A DNA stretch of 64,000 nucleotides from Eledone cirrhosa (GCA_964016885.1 OZ024741.1:308822001-308886000), one strand, 5' to 3'. Shown: positions 1 to 13,398, counted from the stretch's first letter. Notes: a model not told the origin generated them from the sequence alone. Translations and numbers: made by a program.

Positions 1-127
1 ACATATATATATATATAGTAATAATAATAAATTTGGAGACTAAAATCCAAAGAGGGCTCGATAAGGATAAATATATATCAAATATATAAGAACCATAGAG
101 CAAATATTTATTAAAATAACAGATTAA

Positions 128-176
128 AGTTTAAGCAAAGAATCGCTGCTTTCACCCTTAACGGGATCTTCTGAAA
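128..176 (-). ncRNA. Type I hammerhead-like motif, CAGAAGA core variant (inverted pLTR copy)
   Basis: Reverse complement reads ttt CAGAAGA tcccgttaagggt GAAA gca..tgc TT aaact; stem I only 3 bp in this copy. Confidence 0.55.
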
Positions 177-208
177 AATCAATCTGTGAACGCAGAAGTA
201 AATATTTC

Positions 209-803
209 GACCCCAGCACATAAATATAGTAACATTTTTTATAGAAATACCATTAAAATTTCTTACTCTACGACTCTTAACCTTGCACATAACATCACAG
301 CTTCAAATTTAGCTAAATTACCTAGCCGTAGGAACACGTGCAACCCTATAGCTAGTACTAACTGTAATTGTAGGAATCGGGTTGACTGCCCCCTATCCGG
401 GAAATGCCTCTCTAGTAACATTGTCTACAAATGTAAGGTTGAAACACCCACGTCCCGTAGGGCCTACATAGGGTTAACCGCCAATAGATTCAAGCAGCGT
501 CTTTACATGCATACCCATTCTTTTCTTAACCCTTTAAGAAGGAATATGACGTCACTTTCAGCTTATATCTGGAGTCTAAAAGACAACCACACCCAATATA
601 AGTTACACTGGGAGATCCTAGCTGAGGCTAGATCGTATAACGGAAATAAAAGACCATGTGACCTCTACGCCGCTGAGGCCCTGGAAATACTCTACGCCAA
701 AGCCCACATCTTAAACAAAAGATCTGAGGCAATTTCCGCTTGTAAACATAAATTGCACAAAACTTTCCTGTATTACAGCCCCACATTATACCCTAACGCA
801 TAG
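209..803 (+). pseudogene. PLE GIY-YIG endonuclease domain fragment
   Basis: IF..NTIKISYS, CNCRNRVDCPLSGKCL, NIVYKC..AYIGLT..FKQRL..H, LNKRSE motifs typical of Penelope endonucleases. The ORF-track start (186-208) is borrowed from the inverted pLTR. Confidence 0.9.
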
Positions 804-1828
804 TACGAACTATACGCAGATATTTTACGTCTTGATGTGGTAGCTAAGTATAAGTTATGTTTATACTATTACTTATTTGTATAGGTAAGTATATATTACC
901 TGTATGTTTTGTGAAGGTACGTATACTTTCTCGTACGTATCTTGTATATGTTATAGACGTATATATTGTATTATATATACCGGTACATGTGCATATGGTT
1001 ATGTGTATACGTGAGTTTTGCGTCTGTGTGAGTATGCGGGTTCGTACGTATGTAGGGTGTGTGTATATGTGTACTTTGCGTTTTGGTTGTCGTACGTCTG
1101 CGAACATATGTGTATTTACATGTAGGTATGTGTGTGCGCGCGTTATATACGTATTTATATACGTTTATATAATTATATGTATACACGCACACACACACAC
1201 ATATATATATATTTTTTATATATATTTTTATGTGTATTTGGTGTATACATTCGAATATGTGCGGGTACAGGCGTTGCGTGGGTTCTGTATGTGCGTGCGT
1301 GTTTTTTTTTGAGTACGTGCTTGCATTTGCATACCCATGGCTAGTGTTTTCGCGTATGCATGTGTATGTACGTATTTGGATGCGTGCATGTATATATATT
1401 TAATTTCATTTACCTCTGTAATTTATTTACATTATTCTTAACTCTGAAGCCGAGAATCATTCGGTTTCCTAAATAGAATTTTAGTCTACGACTTCAGTTA
1501 TACCATAAACGTGGTTTTGTCTTTGCGTGTAATTGTTCTCAACGATCCACATAATGATATATCTTCGTTTTTTCCGTTCATTGCCAGAGAAGGTCTCCAT
1601 GAACCACCTAATAGAATATTAGTCTACGACTTCTTTTATACCATAAACGTGGTTTTGTCTGCGTGTAATTGTTTTTCACCGCTCCAAATAATGACGTATT
1701 ATCTTCGTTTTTTTCCGTTCTTTGCCAGGAAATGTTTCCACGAACCAAAGTATCGTCTTCCTGTCTTCCTTCGGTTGCAACGTTTTTAGAAATATTTACT
1801 TCTGCGTTCACAGATTTATTTATTTTTT

Positions 1829-1879
1829 AGTTTCAGAAGATCCCGTTAAGGGTGAAAGCAGCGATTCTTTGCTTAAACT
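1829..1879 (+). ncRNA. Type I hammerhead-like motif, CAGAAGA core variant
   Basis: agttt CAGAAGA t-ccc gttaa ggg-t GAAA gca gcgattctt tgc TT aaact: all three stems pair; located at the PLE 3' end. Confidence 0.7.
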
Positions 1880-1899
1880 TTGATCTGTTATTTTAATAA

Positions 1900-1959
<60 letters not shown>

Positions 1960-2593
1960 GGGTGTGTGGGTGTGTGTGGGGGGGAGTGTACATATACATA
2001 TGATGATGATGGCTGCAACTCGATTTCGAGTAATGCCACCGCTTGATACTTCAGCATGAACATCACAGACGTGTCTTTTTAGTCCTGTTAGGGATTTACC
2101 TATGGCCAGTAATACCACGCATTGCAATAAAATATCACATATTCACTTTTTTTAAGTGAGGAAAGGCTTTGCACAGAGCCAATCCCATTCTCTGGGATCG
2201 AATGCATTTATCAAAAAAAAAAACTTGTCTATCATTGGATAGAAACGATGTTGTGGGTGACCTTCTCATAGAGATATCTCTTGATGAAGACTAGGAGTCT
2301 CTCGACCAGAAAAAAAAAAACTTTATTTGATGGCCGTTGATTCTCTTGAGTTCCTCCCTCCGCCCGTTGACGGGTTTTGTTTTTCATCCCACAGGATGTC
2401 CAAAACCTCTTTTCCTCACGAAGCAAGCTTGGTGGGGTTGCCGGTTTAGACGCCGACGTCCGACCATGTACAGGTTGTACTGGGTTAACGTTACCAGTTT
2501 GCTGAAAAGCGACCTTACATAACATATAAATATATACATGTATACATATATATTAAATATTGCCTCAGCCGGATGGCTGGAACAGGGAAAAGA

Positions 2594-2655
<62 letters not shown>

Positions 2656-2955
2656 GTGATATTTTTTTTATAAAATGAAAAATAACCGAGGTGTCCTACA
2701 CGAGTGAAAGTATAAAGAAAAAAGATGAAATCGAAAATGCAACTGGAGTCTTATTTAAAAAAATATATATATATATTTATTTGGTTCCTGTTACCGGTTT
2801 CGCAGTTCTTCTGCTTTTCAAAAGTAGAGTTGTGATGGAGGGTCTGTGGTTTTTCTCACATCTGAGGCAATATTTAATATATATATATATATATATTAAA
2901 TATTGCCTCAGCCGGATGGTTGGAACAGGGAAAAGAGTATATATATATATATATT

Positions 2956-2986
<31 letters not shown>

Positions 2987-3004
2987 GATAAAGTCTAAAG
3001 TCTG

Positions 3005-3501
<497 letters not shown>

Positions 3502-3576
3502 TATATGTATACATATATATATATGTATACATTCTGTTAATGTCGATATGATTCTTATATCGTTATTAATTGGGCA

Positions 3577-3700
3577 TCCACTGATGAGTTTATAAGTGCC
3601 CGCTTGTGTATAAAACTATGGATTATATACAAGTTTCTACATAACATGGAAATTATTTATTCCAAATTGTAGAAATCTTATAACGAAACGGCCGTCTGGA
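3577..3700 (+). ncRNA. Type I hammerhead with four-way-junction stem II
   Basis: tcca CTGATGA gtt(t)ataag..two sub-helices..cttataac GAAA cggccg TC tgga; covarying homologue at 49918-50040. Confidence 0.85.
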
Positions 3701-3889
3701 AGGAAAGAGATATTTATTTAATAATGTCTCATATAAAATAATACAACCAATTATCCACGAAATACTGATTAGTTAGCACTCCAAACACTAAATTGGGATA
3801 ATACTTAAGTATATCCTAATGTTTGTTGAGTGAGATGGAGTTGGTCGGAGTATCGCTTAAGGCTTTCTCTGTTTATGTATTGAATTGTA

Positions 3890-3920
<31 letters not shown>

Positions 3921-3964
3921 TAATTCAAAATATTAATAAATATAGACATTCATGTAATCAAATA

Positions 3965-4030
3965 TATTTTATTATATATATTTCGGAGGTACTGTGCTGT
4001 TTTCTCAGTACGTCCTCATCAGATAAAATA
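3965..4030 (-). ncRNA. Type I hammerhead (UAUUUUAU stem I family)
   Basis: Reverse complement: tattttat CTGATGA gga c gtactg..cagtac c tcc GAAA tatata TA ataaaata. Confidence 0.9.
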
Positions 4031-4197
4031 TATAAATTGATGTATGACATACCTCAAAACTGTGCTGATGGTTCAATTCCAGTCTTGGCAGTATTTTGAA
4101 TTAATAATAATAACTCCAGAAAACATTGTTGAGTGCTTCTAATCTATTGTAAAACTATATTCATTGATTAATCAATGAACCTTGTTTAACTTTTGGT

Positions 4198-4306
<109 letters not shown>

Positions 4307-4960
4307 TAAATTTAGTCCTTCATTAGTGATCTTCCAGCCTTCATTGGTATTTCATCGCTTTAAAGACCATATACCTCTGGTTGGTGCGATCAACGGCTAA
4401 AGAAAGTCGTTGGGACACGTAAATAGGGGGAACGAGCGAGACAGTAAACAAACAAAGATGGTAATGCAACGAAAAGTGAGGAAGAAGGAGTCAAGTTCCT
4501 GAAATCGATGAACATAAGTTCTGTGAAATCGTAGACGAGAGATAAAGACCATCCGACCTGGTCGAAATGCGAGTGAGGAAAGAATCTCGCACAGGTCAAA
4601 CGGGAGGAAGTAGGAGAGGGAGTAGCAGAGAGTGAGTGAATGAAAGTGTGAGGAAGAGGCTAACAGAGAGAGTGACTGTTAGAGGGGGGTAAAGGAAGTG
4701 AGAGATACGGAGAAAGGGGAAGCAGTAAGAAAGAAACAGACGGGTCACAGCGGAGGAAATTATATATGAATATGAAAACATGGCGTGCTGCGTGGTTGGA
4801 AATGGGTTACATATGAATAAATTTAGTCCTTCATCAGTGATCTTCCAGCCTTCATTGGTAAGCCATTTGCAACCACGCAGCACACCATGTTTTCATATAT
4901 ATATATATAAAATAAAATAAAATAAATAAGTCAAATGTTTAAAATTTAGCATCGTTTATT

Positions 4961-5015
4961 ACTGCTATATATATTTCGGTGACAGCCATCTTTGGCTGTG
5001 ACTTCTTCAGGTAGT
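4961..5015 (-). ncRNA. Type I hammerhead
   Basis: Reverse complement: actac CTGAAGA agtc acagcca aaga tggctgt cacc GAAA tatata TA gcagt (one stem I mismatch); lies within IR ~4911-4973/5130-5195. Confidence 0.7.
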
Positions 5016-5292
5016 CCGAATTAGTGTGGTATAGACAAGTACATATGTTGTTGAGGTGTATAACTTTGTCAATACTCTGATATGCCCAGTTCCTGGTTGG
5101 GTTGTTATTTCACTGAGGAACTGGAATCATATATAGCAGTAATAAACGAAGCTAAATTTTAAACATTTGACTTATTTATTTTATTTTATTTTATTTTACA
5201 TTACTCCGGAGTAACCAAACCAACCTGCGCACTTCGTCGAGTGCTCCAATCTGCATACTGAGGTGTTGGTATACAACCAACATATACTCAAA

Positions 5293-5351
<59 letters not shown>

Positions 5352-5929
5352 TATATATATATTTTTAAATAAGACTCCAGTTACATTTTCGATTTCATCT
5401 ATTTTTCTTTATATTTATATATTTATATATATATGTCTGTGTCTGTGTGTGTGTGTATAGATGTATACTTACCTAAATAAAACTGACAGGTATAGTTCGA
5501 ACAATAATTGTTTCGTGTATTCACTGTACACCTGATAGCCATATCAACAGTTTGGTCATCATCATCATCATCATCATCACCATCATTGTCATCAAACTCA
5601 TCACCTCCCCACCACCACCACCACCACCACCATTATTATAGTCTTAATTACCCTAGTCAGCAGCACCAATAAGAAATTATATTGTGTCACATGTATTTAA
5701 TCATATTGTGGTTGATAATAGTTCTTAAGACAATCGCTTTTATCACTTAAAACGGGTTTACACGCACACACATACACGCATGAACACACACACACACACA
5801 CACACGTAATTATATATATATATATATATATGTGTGCGTGTGTGTGTGTGTGCGTGTGTGTATGTGTATATATATATATATATATATATCCATATATATA
5901 TATATATATACGCACACACACACACATAC

Positions 5930-5971
<42 letters not shown>

Positions 5972-6179
5972 GCATGTGTATTTGTATATATATATACATA
6001 TATGAGTTGCTATAGTTTGACCTTGGCAATGAGGGCTAAAACAAACTAAAGATCATAGATAAATGAATGCCCCCCCCCCACACACACACACACACACATA
6101 TTTTTTTTTTTTTGCAAGGTTTTTGATATGAAATCGTGTGTCGAAACAAATATTGTTATACTTGGGGAGGGACATATTG

Positions 6180-6325
6180 TTATAAAATTTGTTTCTACTT
6201 TTGGCACAAGGCCAGCAATTACCCACTGTATTACTGTTACTTTATTTTATCGACCCCGTAAGGATGTAAGGCAAAGTTAACCTCGGCGGGATTTGAACTC
6301 AGAATGGCAAGGGCCGTAACTCATA
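6180..6325 (-). mobile_element. tRNA-derived SINE (family 1), partial
   Basis: Reverse complement of gagttcaaatcccgccgaggttaactttgcct..tacggggtcgataaaataaagta; more than 15 copies in the window. Confidence 0.8.
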
Positions 6326-6411
6326 TTGTTATAATATTGTCAGAAATAATAACAGAACACACTCACTGTTAGATTTGGGTTAGTTTTCGTTTCTGTATCT
6401 TTTATATCTCC

Positions 6412-6740
6412 ATAGTTAATTTATCTGGCAATCAATGTTTATCATTGATTGACCAACGGTCAAAAATACAGATATAAATATATATATATATAGTCTATCA
6501 AAGTTCTTTCGTTACACATCTGCGACATCATCAGTGGTACTATTATGTTTCCTCCCGTTGTGTTGTAAAGTCTTTAAATTTTTTATAACACAACGGGAGG
6601 AAACATAATAGTACCACTGATGATGTCGCAGATGTGTAACGAAAGAACTTTGATTGACTATATATATATATATTTATATCTGTATATTTTAACCGTTGGT
6701 CAATCAATGATAAACATTGATTGCCAGATAAATTAACTAT
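6412..6740. repeat. ~330-bp near-perfect palindrome of a pLTR fragment, carrying a hammerhead motif on each strand
   Basis: Arms are reverse-complementary around ~6575. CTGATGA tgtcgcagatgtgtaac GAAA gaac TT at 6613-6654 (+) and 6497-6538 (-). Confidence 0.9.
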
Positions 6741-6977
6741 ATATATGTAGGAGGTGAGTTTTATTGTAGCACAATAAAGCAATGCAAATATCGGATAAGT
6801 AGCACTCAACAGTTTTTAGGACTGGAGTATAAATAATATAAAATCAAAAGATGGTTACAAGAGTTCCATGTATTTTATTATGCGCATTTCAAAAACAAAT
6901 ATCATCATGGGATGATATAAGTTGATTTAACACTTCACTGCTCGCAAGTGTTTTTTAAGCTTCATATCATGTCTCCC

Positions 6978-7048
6978 TATTTTATCTGATGAGAACGCAA
7001 ATATCATCCCATGATGATATTTGTTTTTGAAATGCGCATAATAAAATA
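6978..7048 (+). ncRNA. Type I hammerhead (UAUUUUAU stem I family)
   Basis: tattttat CTGATGA gaac gcaaatatcatc ccat gatgatatttgt tttt GAAA tgcgca TA ataaaata; partial inverted copy at 6840-6918. Confidence 0.9.
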
Positions 7049-7074
7049 CATGGAACTCTTTTAACCATCTTTTG

Positions 7075-7136
<62 letters not shown>

Positions 7137-7289
7137 GAGGTTATATTTAATTTGTTGGGATACAACAAGGTAAAATATTTTTATAACTGATATAAAGCAC
7201 TCAACAAATTATTGGAGTAAATATACAATATATTAACAAATGGAAACTATATTTATAAAACCATATTTATTACCATTTATAAACATTTG

Positions 7290-7327
<38 letters not shown>

Positions 7328-7532
7328 GATAAATCTACCAAGAGTTTACGGTAGTGTCCAATCCGTATGAAGAACTCAATGTAATCCGGATATCATGGAA
7401 AGAAGAGATGCAATGAAATATCACTTTCGGTGAAAGATAAACGGAATACAGAGTCAATATAAAATATTAAAAAAATAAAAAAAAATATTAAAAAATATTA
7501 AAAAATATTTTAAAAAAATATTAAAAAAAATT

Positions 7533-7680
7533 ATTATTTCTGAAGACGGCATATATATGTGTTGGTATGTATATTTAATTTTGATAGTTTGTATAATTTT
7601 GTATAATTTTGTACATAGATCTGTTGAATATGCATGCCAATTCTAACACATATATATCCTAGAAACGATCGTTAAATAAT
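7533..7680 (+). ncRNA. Type I hammerhead with ~115-nt rod-like stem II
   Basis: attattt CTGAAGA cgg c atatatatgtgttgg..taacacatatatat cct a GAAA cgatcg TT aaataat. Confidence 0.8.
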
Positions 7681-7737
7681 GAACTTTTTTTGTTTAATAT
7701 AAGGAACTGTTTCATTGTTTTATTCATTATTTTTTTA

Positions 7738-7784
<47 letters not shown>

Positions 7785-7786
<2 letters not shown>

Positions 7787-8000
7787 ATGAGTGGTTGGAG
7801 AATTGGATTCGCAATCGTAGGGTTGTGAGTTCGATTCCCGGACCGGGCGATGCGTTATGTCCTTGAGCAAGACACTTTATTTCACATTGCTCCTTCTACC
7901 TGGAGTTGCGACCGATAGATAGTAATAGCAACTGGAAAGACCAATGGAAACATTGTTTCCTCGGTCTGATTTGACGAAAGTCGATCGTTCCTCTCATATA
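7785..8000 (+). mobile_element. tRNA-derived SINE (family 2)
   Basis: B-box gagttcgattcc followed by tgtccttgagcaagacactttatttcac. Confidence 0.7.
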
Positions 8001-8082
8001 TATTATATATGTATACATGCACATATGTATGTGTGTGGATATATATATATACATGTATATACATGTATACATGCAGATATGC

Positions 8083-8119
<37 letters not shown>

Positions 8120-8143
8120 TATCTGCATGTATACATGTGTGCC

Positions 8144-8235
8144 TTTGCACATCCATGCACATACATTTTGCACATCCATGCACATACATTTTGCACATCC
8201 ATGCACATACATTTTGCACATCCATGCACATACAT
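8144..8235. repeat. 23-bp tandem repeat, 4 copies
   Basis: tttgcacatccatgcacatacat with period 23. Confidence 0.9.
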
Positions 8236-8324
8236 CACTGATGACTGTAGTAAATCTTATATTTAAAGTGTTGTTAACTTATATATATATATCGTATGTG
8301 GATATGCATACGTTAGATGTTTGT

Positions 8325-8385
<61 letters not shown>

Positions 8386-8580
8386 ATGTGTGTGTGTACA
8401 TACATATATGTGTGTGTGTTTCTCTCTCTATATATATATATATGGGGTGGAGAAAGATATAGCTGATGTATATGTAACACAAAGTGTGTGATAAAAATGG
8501 TGATCTATATGAGACACTAAGAGTGAGAATGAAAGTGGGGTGAGTGATGTGTGATGCAGAAGCATGAGCGTACGTGCAGG

Positions 8581-8624
<44 letters not shown>

Positions 8625-9000
8625 CCTAATATTTGTGTGTGAGTGCGCATCTATATCTCTAAATGTGATCTAAGTATTTATGTGTTTATGAAAGATACTG
8701 TGCAATAGATAAATGTTTGTGTAGAGACATACACACACACACACACTCACATACACACTCACACACTCACAGACATAAACGTGTATGCAATGTGTGTATA
8801 TATATATATTTTTTTATGTATATATAAGTAGATAGTTAGATATATACATACACTAACAATCACACAGAAACACACAACTATATGCATAAACACAGATAGA
8901 TAGATACACGCACACATATGCATAAATACATATATATATAATTATACATATATATATGTGTGTGTGTGTAAAAGTAATAACAAAAATAAAAAACTGCATT

Positions 9001-9064
<64 letters not shown>

Positions 9065-9105
9065 TATATATGCCGTTTGTTTTGTTATTTTTGTTATTAT
9101 TATTT

Positions 9106-9136
<31 letters not shown>

Positions 9137-9439
9137 ATACCAACATACATACATACATACATACATACATACATACATACATACATACATACATACATAC
9201 ATACATACATACGTACATACATACATACATAGGTGAGTGCATGTATGTATGTGTTTGTGTATATAAATGGTGTTGGTGGTGGAATATAGATGGAAGGGGA
9301 GGTCAATGTGTTTGTTTTAATGTGTCTGTTGTGTTCCTAAACAGCAAATCGATACCCATTGAAAAAGATTAACAATTTTTTTTTAAGAGGATAAGATTAT
9401 CTAGGCACTTTCTTTCTTTTGTATTGTCAGGTTCAGATT

Positions 9440-11771
9440 GGTGGCGGTGGTGGTGGTAGTGGTGGTTGTGGTGGTGGTGGTAGTGGTGGTGGTTGTGGTG
9501 GTGGTGGTAGTGGTGGTTGTGGTGGTGGTGGTAGTGGTAGTGGTGGTGGTTGTGGTGGTGGTGGTAGTGGTGGTTGTGGTAGTGGTGGTGGTTGTGGTGG
9601 TGGTGGTAGTGGTGGTTGTGGTGGTGGTGGTGGTGGTAGTGGTGGTGGTGGTGGTAGTGGTGGTGTTGGTAGTGGTGGTGGTAGTGGTGGTGGTTGTGGT
9701 GGTGGTGGTAGTGGTGGTGGTTGTGGTGGTGGTGGTTGTGGTGGTGGTGGTAGTGGTGGTGGTAGTGGTGGTGGTTGTGGTGGTGGTGGTAGTGGTGGTG
9801 GTTGTGGTGGTAGTTGTGGTAGTGGTGGTTGTGGTGGTGGTTGTGGTGGTGGTTGTGGTGGTGGTGGTAGTGGTGGTTGTGGTGGTGGTGGTAGTGGTAG
9901 TGGTAGTGGTTGTGGTGGTAGTTGTGGTAGTGGTGGTTGTGGTGGTGGTTGTGGTGGTGGTGGTGGTAGTGGTGGTGGTAGTGGTGGTGGTTGTGGTGGT
10001 GGTGGTAGTGGTGGTGGTTGTGGTGGTAGTTGTGGTAGTGGTGGTTGTGGTGGTGGTTGTGGTGGTGGTGGTTGTGGTGGTGGTTGTGGTGGTGGTGGTA
10101 GTGGTGGTTGTGGTGGTGGTGGTAGTGGTGGTGGTTGTGGTGGTAGTTGTGGTGTTGGTGGTGGTAGTGGTGGTGGTTGTGGTGGTGGTGGTTGTGGTGG
10201 TGGTGGTAGTGGTGGTAGTAGTGGTGGTGGTTGTAGTGGTGGTGGTAGTGGTGGTGGTTGTGGTGGTAGTTGTGGTGGTGGTAGTGGTGGTAGTGGTGGT
10301 GGTAGTGGTGGTGGTTGTGGTGGTAGTTGTGGTAGTGGTGGTTGTGGTGGTGGTTGTGGTGGTGGTGGTAGTGGTGGTGGTAGTGGTGGTGGTTGTGGTG
10401 GTGGTGGTAGTGGTGGTGGTTGTGGTGGTAGTTGCGGTAGTGGTGGTTGTGGTGGTGGTTGTGGTGGTGGTGGTTGTGGTGGTGGTTGTGGTGGGGGTGG
10501 TAGTGGTGGTTGTGGTGGTGGTGGTAGTGGTGGTGGTTGTGGTGGTAGTTGTGGTGGTGGTGGTGGTAGTGGTGGTGGTTGTGGTGGTGGTGGTTGTGGT
10601 GGTGGTGGTAGTGGTGGTAGTAGTGGTGGTGGTTGTAGTGGTGGTGGTAGTGGTGGTGGTTGTGGTGGTAGTTGTGGTGGTGGTAGTGGTGGTAGTGGTG
10701 GTGGTTGTGGTGGTGGTTGTGGTGGTAGTTGTGGTGGTTGTAGTGGTGGTTGTGGTGGTTGTGGTAGTTGTGGTGGTGGGTGTGGTGGTGGTTGTGGTGG
10801 TGGTGGTGGTAGTGGTGGTAGTTGTGGTGGTGGTTGTGGTGGTGGTTGTGGTGGCGGTTGTGGTGGTGGTGGTGGTAGTAGTGGTAGTGGTGGTGGTTGT
10901 GGTGGTGGTGGTGCTTGTGGTGGTGGTTGTGGTGGTGGTGGTGGTAGTGGTGGTAGTGGTGGTGGTTGTGGTGGTGGTTGTGGTGGTGGTTGTGGTGGTG
11001 GTGGTGATGGTGGTGGTGGTAATGGTGGTGGTGGTGGTGGTGATGGTGACGGTGATGGTGGTGATGGTGGTGGTGGTGATGGTGGTGGTGGTGGTGGTGA
11101 TGGTGATGGTGGTGGTGGTGATGGTGGTGGTGGTGGTGGTGGTGATGGTGATGGTGGCGATGGTGGCGATGGTGATGGTGGTGGTGATGGTGGTGATGGT
11201 GATGGTGGTGGTGATGGTGATGGTGATGGTGGTGATGGTGGTGATGGTGATGGTGGTGGTGATGGTGATGGTGGTGATGGTGGTGATGGTGATGGTGGTG
11301 GTGAGGGTGATGGTGGTGGTGATGGTGACGGTGGTGATGGTGATGGTGGTGGTGATGGTGATGGTGGTGATGGTGATGGTGATGGTGGTGGTGGTGATGG
11401 TGGTGGTGGTGGTGGTGGTGATGGTGATGGTGGTGGTGGCGATGGTGATGGTGGTGGTGGCGATGGTGATGGTGGTGGTGGTGATGGTGATGGTGATGGT
11501 GGTGGTGGCGATGGTGATGGTGGTGGTGGCGATGGTGATGGTGATGGTGGTGGTGGCGATGGTGATGGTGGTGGTGGTAGTGTCGACGGAGGCGATGGCA
11601 TAATTGGCAATGTCATGACATTGGTAGTCTCTGTTGTGCTGATAAAGATTATGGCGATGATAGTGATGATGGAGGTGATGGAGGTGATGATGGAGGTGAT
11701 GGAGGTGATGATGGTGAAGATGAATGTGGCAATGGCATTTATAGTGAAGATGTCCGTGATGGAGATGATAG

Positions 11772-11805
<34 letters not shown>

Positions 11806-11933
11806 GGTGGTGGTGGTGGTGCGGATTGTGGAGATGTTCGTGGCGATCACGAGGATGATGGTGATCATGACGACGGTGATGATGATAATGATGAACATAA
11901 TGATGATGATGAACATGATGATGATAGTGGTGG

Positions 11934-11983
<50 letters not shown>

Positions 11984-12020
11984 CACATGATGATGACAAT
12001 GATGGTGGTGATGATAATGA
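9440..12020. repeat. 2.6-kb in-phase trinucleotide array: GGT/TGT/AGT, then GGT/GAT, then degenerate (GAT)n
   Basis: Phase is kept throughout; higher-order duplication with ~402-bp period (10211 vs 10613); several long low-complexity ORFs. Confidence 0.9.
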
Positions 12021-12397
12021 AATTGATGGCAGCAATGTGACATAATCTCGAGACAACTGCTTGTTAACTTTCTTATTTCTTATTTCCTTTTCCTTCTCTT
12101 ATTACTTCTGTTAGAGTACCTATAGATCACCGTGGTTGTTGTTCTTGTTGTTGTTGTTTAGCCCAATCTGAACATGACCATCCCCCCATTTGCTTAAGAT
12201 ACAATGATTCTAGAACTACACTATCTAATTGTACCTTCCTTTATCAAGATGGTAAGGCAGGATTTCATGTAGATTTTTCTACCGAGATTTTTCTACCGAG
12301 AACATAAAAAATAGCATTGATCATTCCTCTGGGGCAAGGTATACTGTGTAGTTGTACTTTTGTCCATATGTACGCGTATGTATGTACGTGCGCATAT

Positions 12398-12790
12398 TTC
12401 TTCTTCTTCTTCTTCTTCTTCTTGAGAGGGTCATGGGGACAGAGTCCGCAAACACTCCTTATGGCGGGTCCTGTCAGCAGCAACCGTCTCCAACTCATCA
12501 GGCAGGATCCCCAAGCGAGACCAGCCAAGCTCATTTATGTTATCCAACCATCTTGCTCGGGGTCTACCCCTGGGTCTCCTGTCGGCTGGTTTTGCCTGTA
12601 AAATCTGTCCAGCGATTCTTTCCTGAGACATTCTAACCACATGCTCATAATATCGGATCTGCGATCTCTCAATTCGGAGAAGTAGCCTCTGTACCTGCAG
12701 TGACTCTCTGTTCTCAGAGCTACGCACTCTATCGAGTAACCTTATTCCAAAGGCCCTTCGGAGGAACCCCATTTCAGCCGCTTGTATATA
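12398..12790 (-). mobile_element. RTE-clade LINE 3' fragment with (GAA)n tail
   Basis: IQAAEMGFLRR..LLDRVRS..RPRGRPRARWLD; homologous to 57470-57830. Confidence 0.85.
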
Positions 12791-12791
12791 C

Positions 12792-12884
<93 letters not shown>

Positions 12885-13398
12885 GAGAGATATACTACTC
12901 ATACATATATACAAAGTGTGTATATATATATACACTACTCATTCAAACGTCCAGAAATAGTCGTCGAAACGGCTTGAGCTCTGCCGTCGGGGTCTTGAAC
13001 ATTTTCCTATTACCCACTTTACTACTCTAAGTATTGAGTACTCTGGTGCGTTACGGTCCACCTGGTTCCTTACCACACTTCCTTCGTTATATATATATAT
13101 ATAAAACCACAAACCCTCCATCTCAATTCTACTTTCGAAAAGCACGCGAACTGCGAAACCGGTAAAGGAACTAAATAAATATTCTTAAAAAGACTCCAGT
13201 TGCATTTTTGATTCCATCTGTTTTCCTTATATATATATATATATATAAGGAAATGGTTATACGGAACAGGAAGAATAACCGTCATGCGCAGGAACGGTCA
13301 CTTCACCCGTAGTTTTGTGTTGCCTGGGTGAAGTAACCGTTCCTGCGCATGCGTGTTCATACGGTTGTCCTTCCTGTTCCGTATAACCTTGTCCATTA

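Larger units (their letters stand above)
14..1900 (+). mobile_element. 5'-truncated Penelope-like element: GIY-YIG end, long 3' region and pLTR, with an inverted pLTR copy at the 5' junction
   Basis: GIY-YIG ORF at 209-803. 107-208 is the reverse complement of 1789-1900. A ~140-bp tandem duplication lies at ~1469-1607/1609-1748. Flanked by (TA)n. Confidence 0.85.

Noticed and set aside
186-208. Shared N-terminus MNAEVNIS in ORFs 186..803 and 1608..1811
   Set aside because: Coincidental translation of the inverted pLTR, not a protein motif.
8144-8235. CRISPR-like short direct repeats
   Set aside because: Head-to-tail with no spacers, in eukaryotic DNA with no cas genes.
8238-8270. CTGATGA at ~8238
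   Set aside because: No stem II, GAAA or stem I partner nearby.
9401-12043. His-rich/poly-Thr mucin-like and Pro-rich extensin-like ORFs on the minus strand, poly-Val ORF on plus
   Set aside because: Alternative frames of the same trinucleotide array; no non-repetitive domain or signal peptide.
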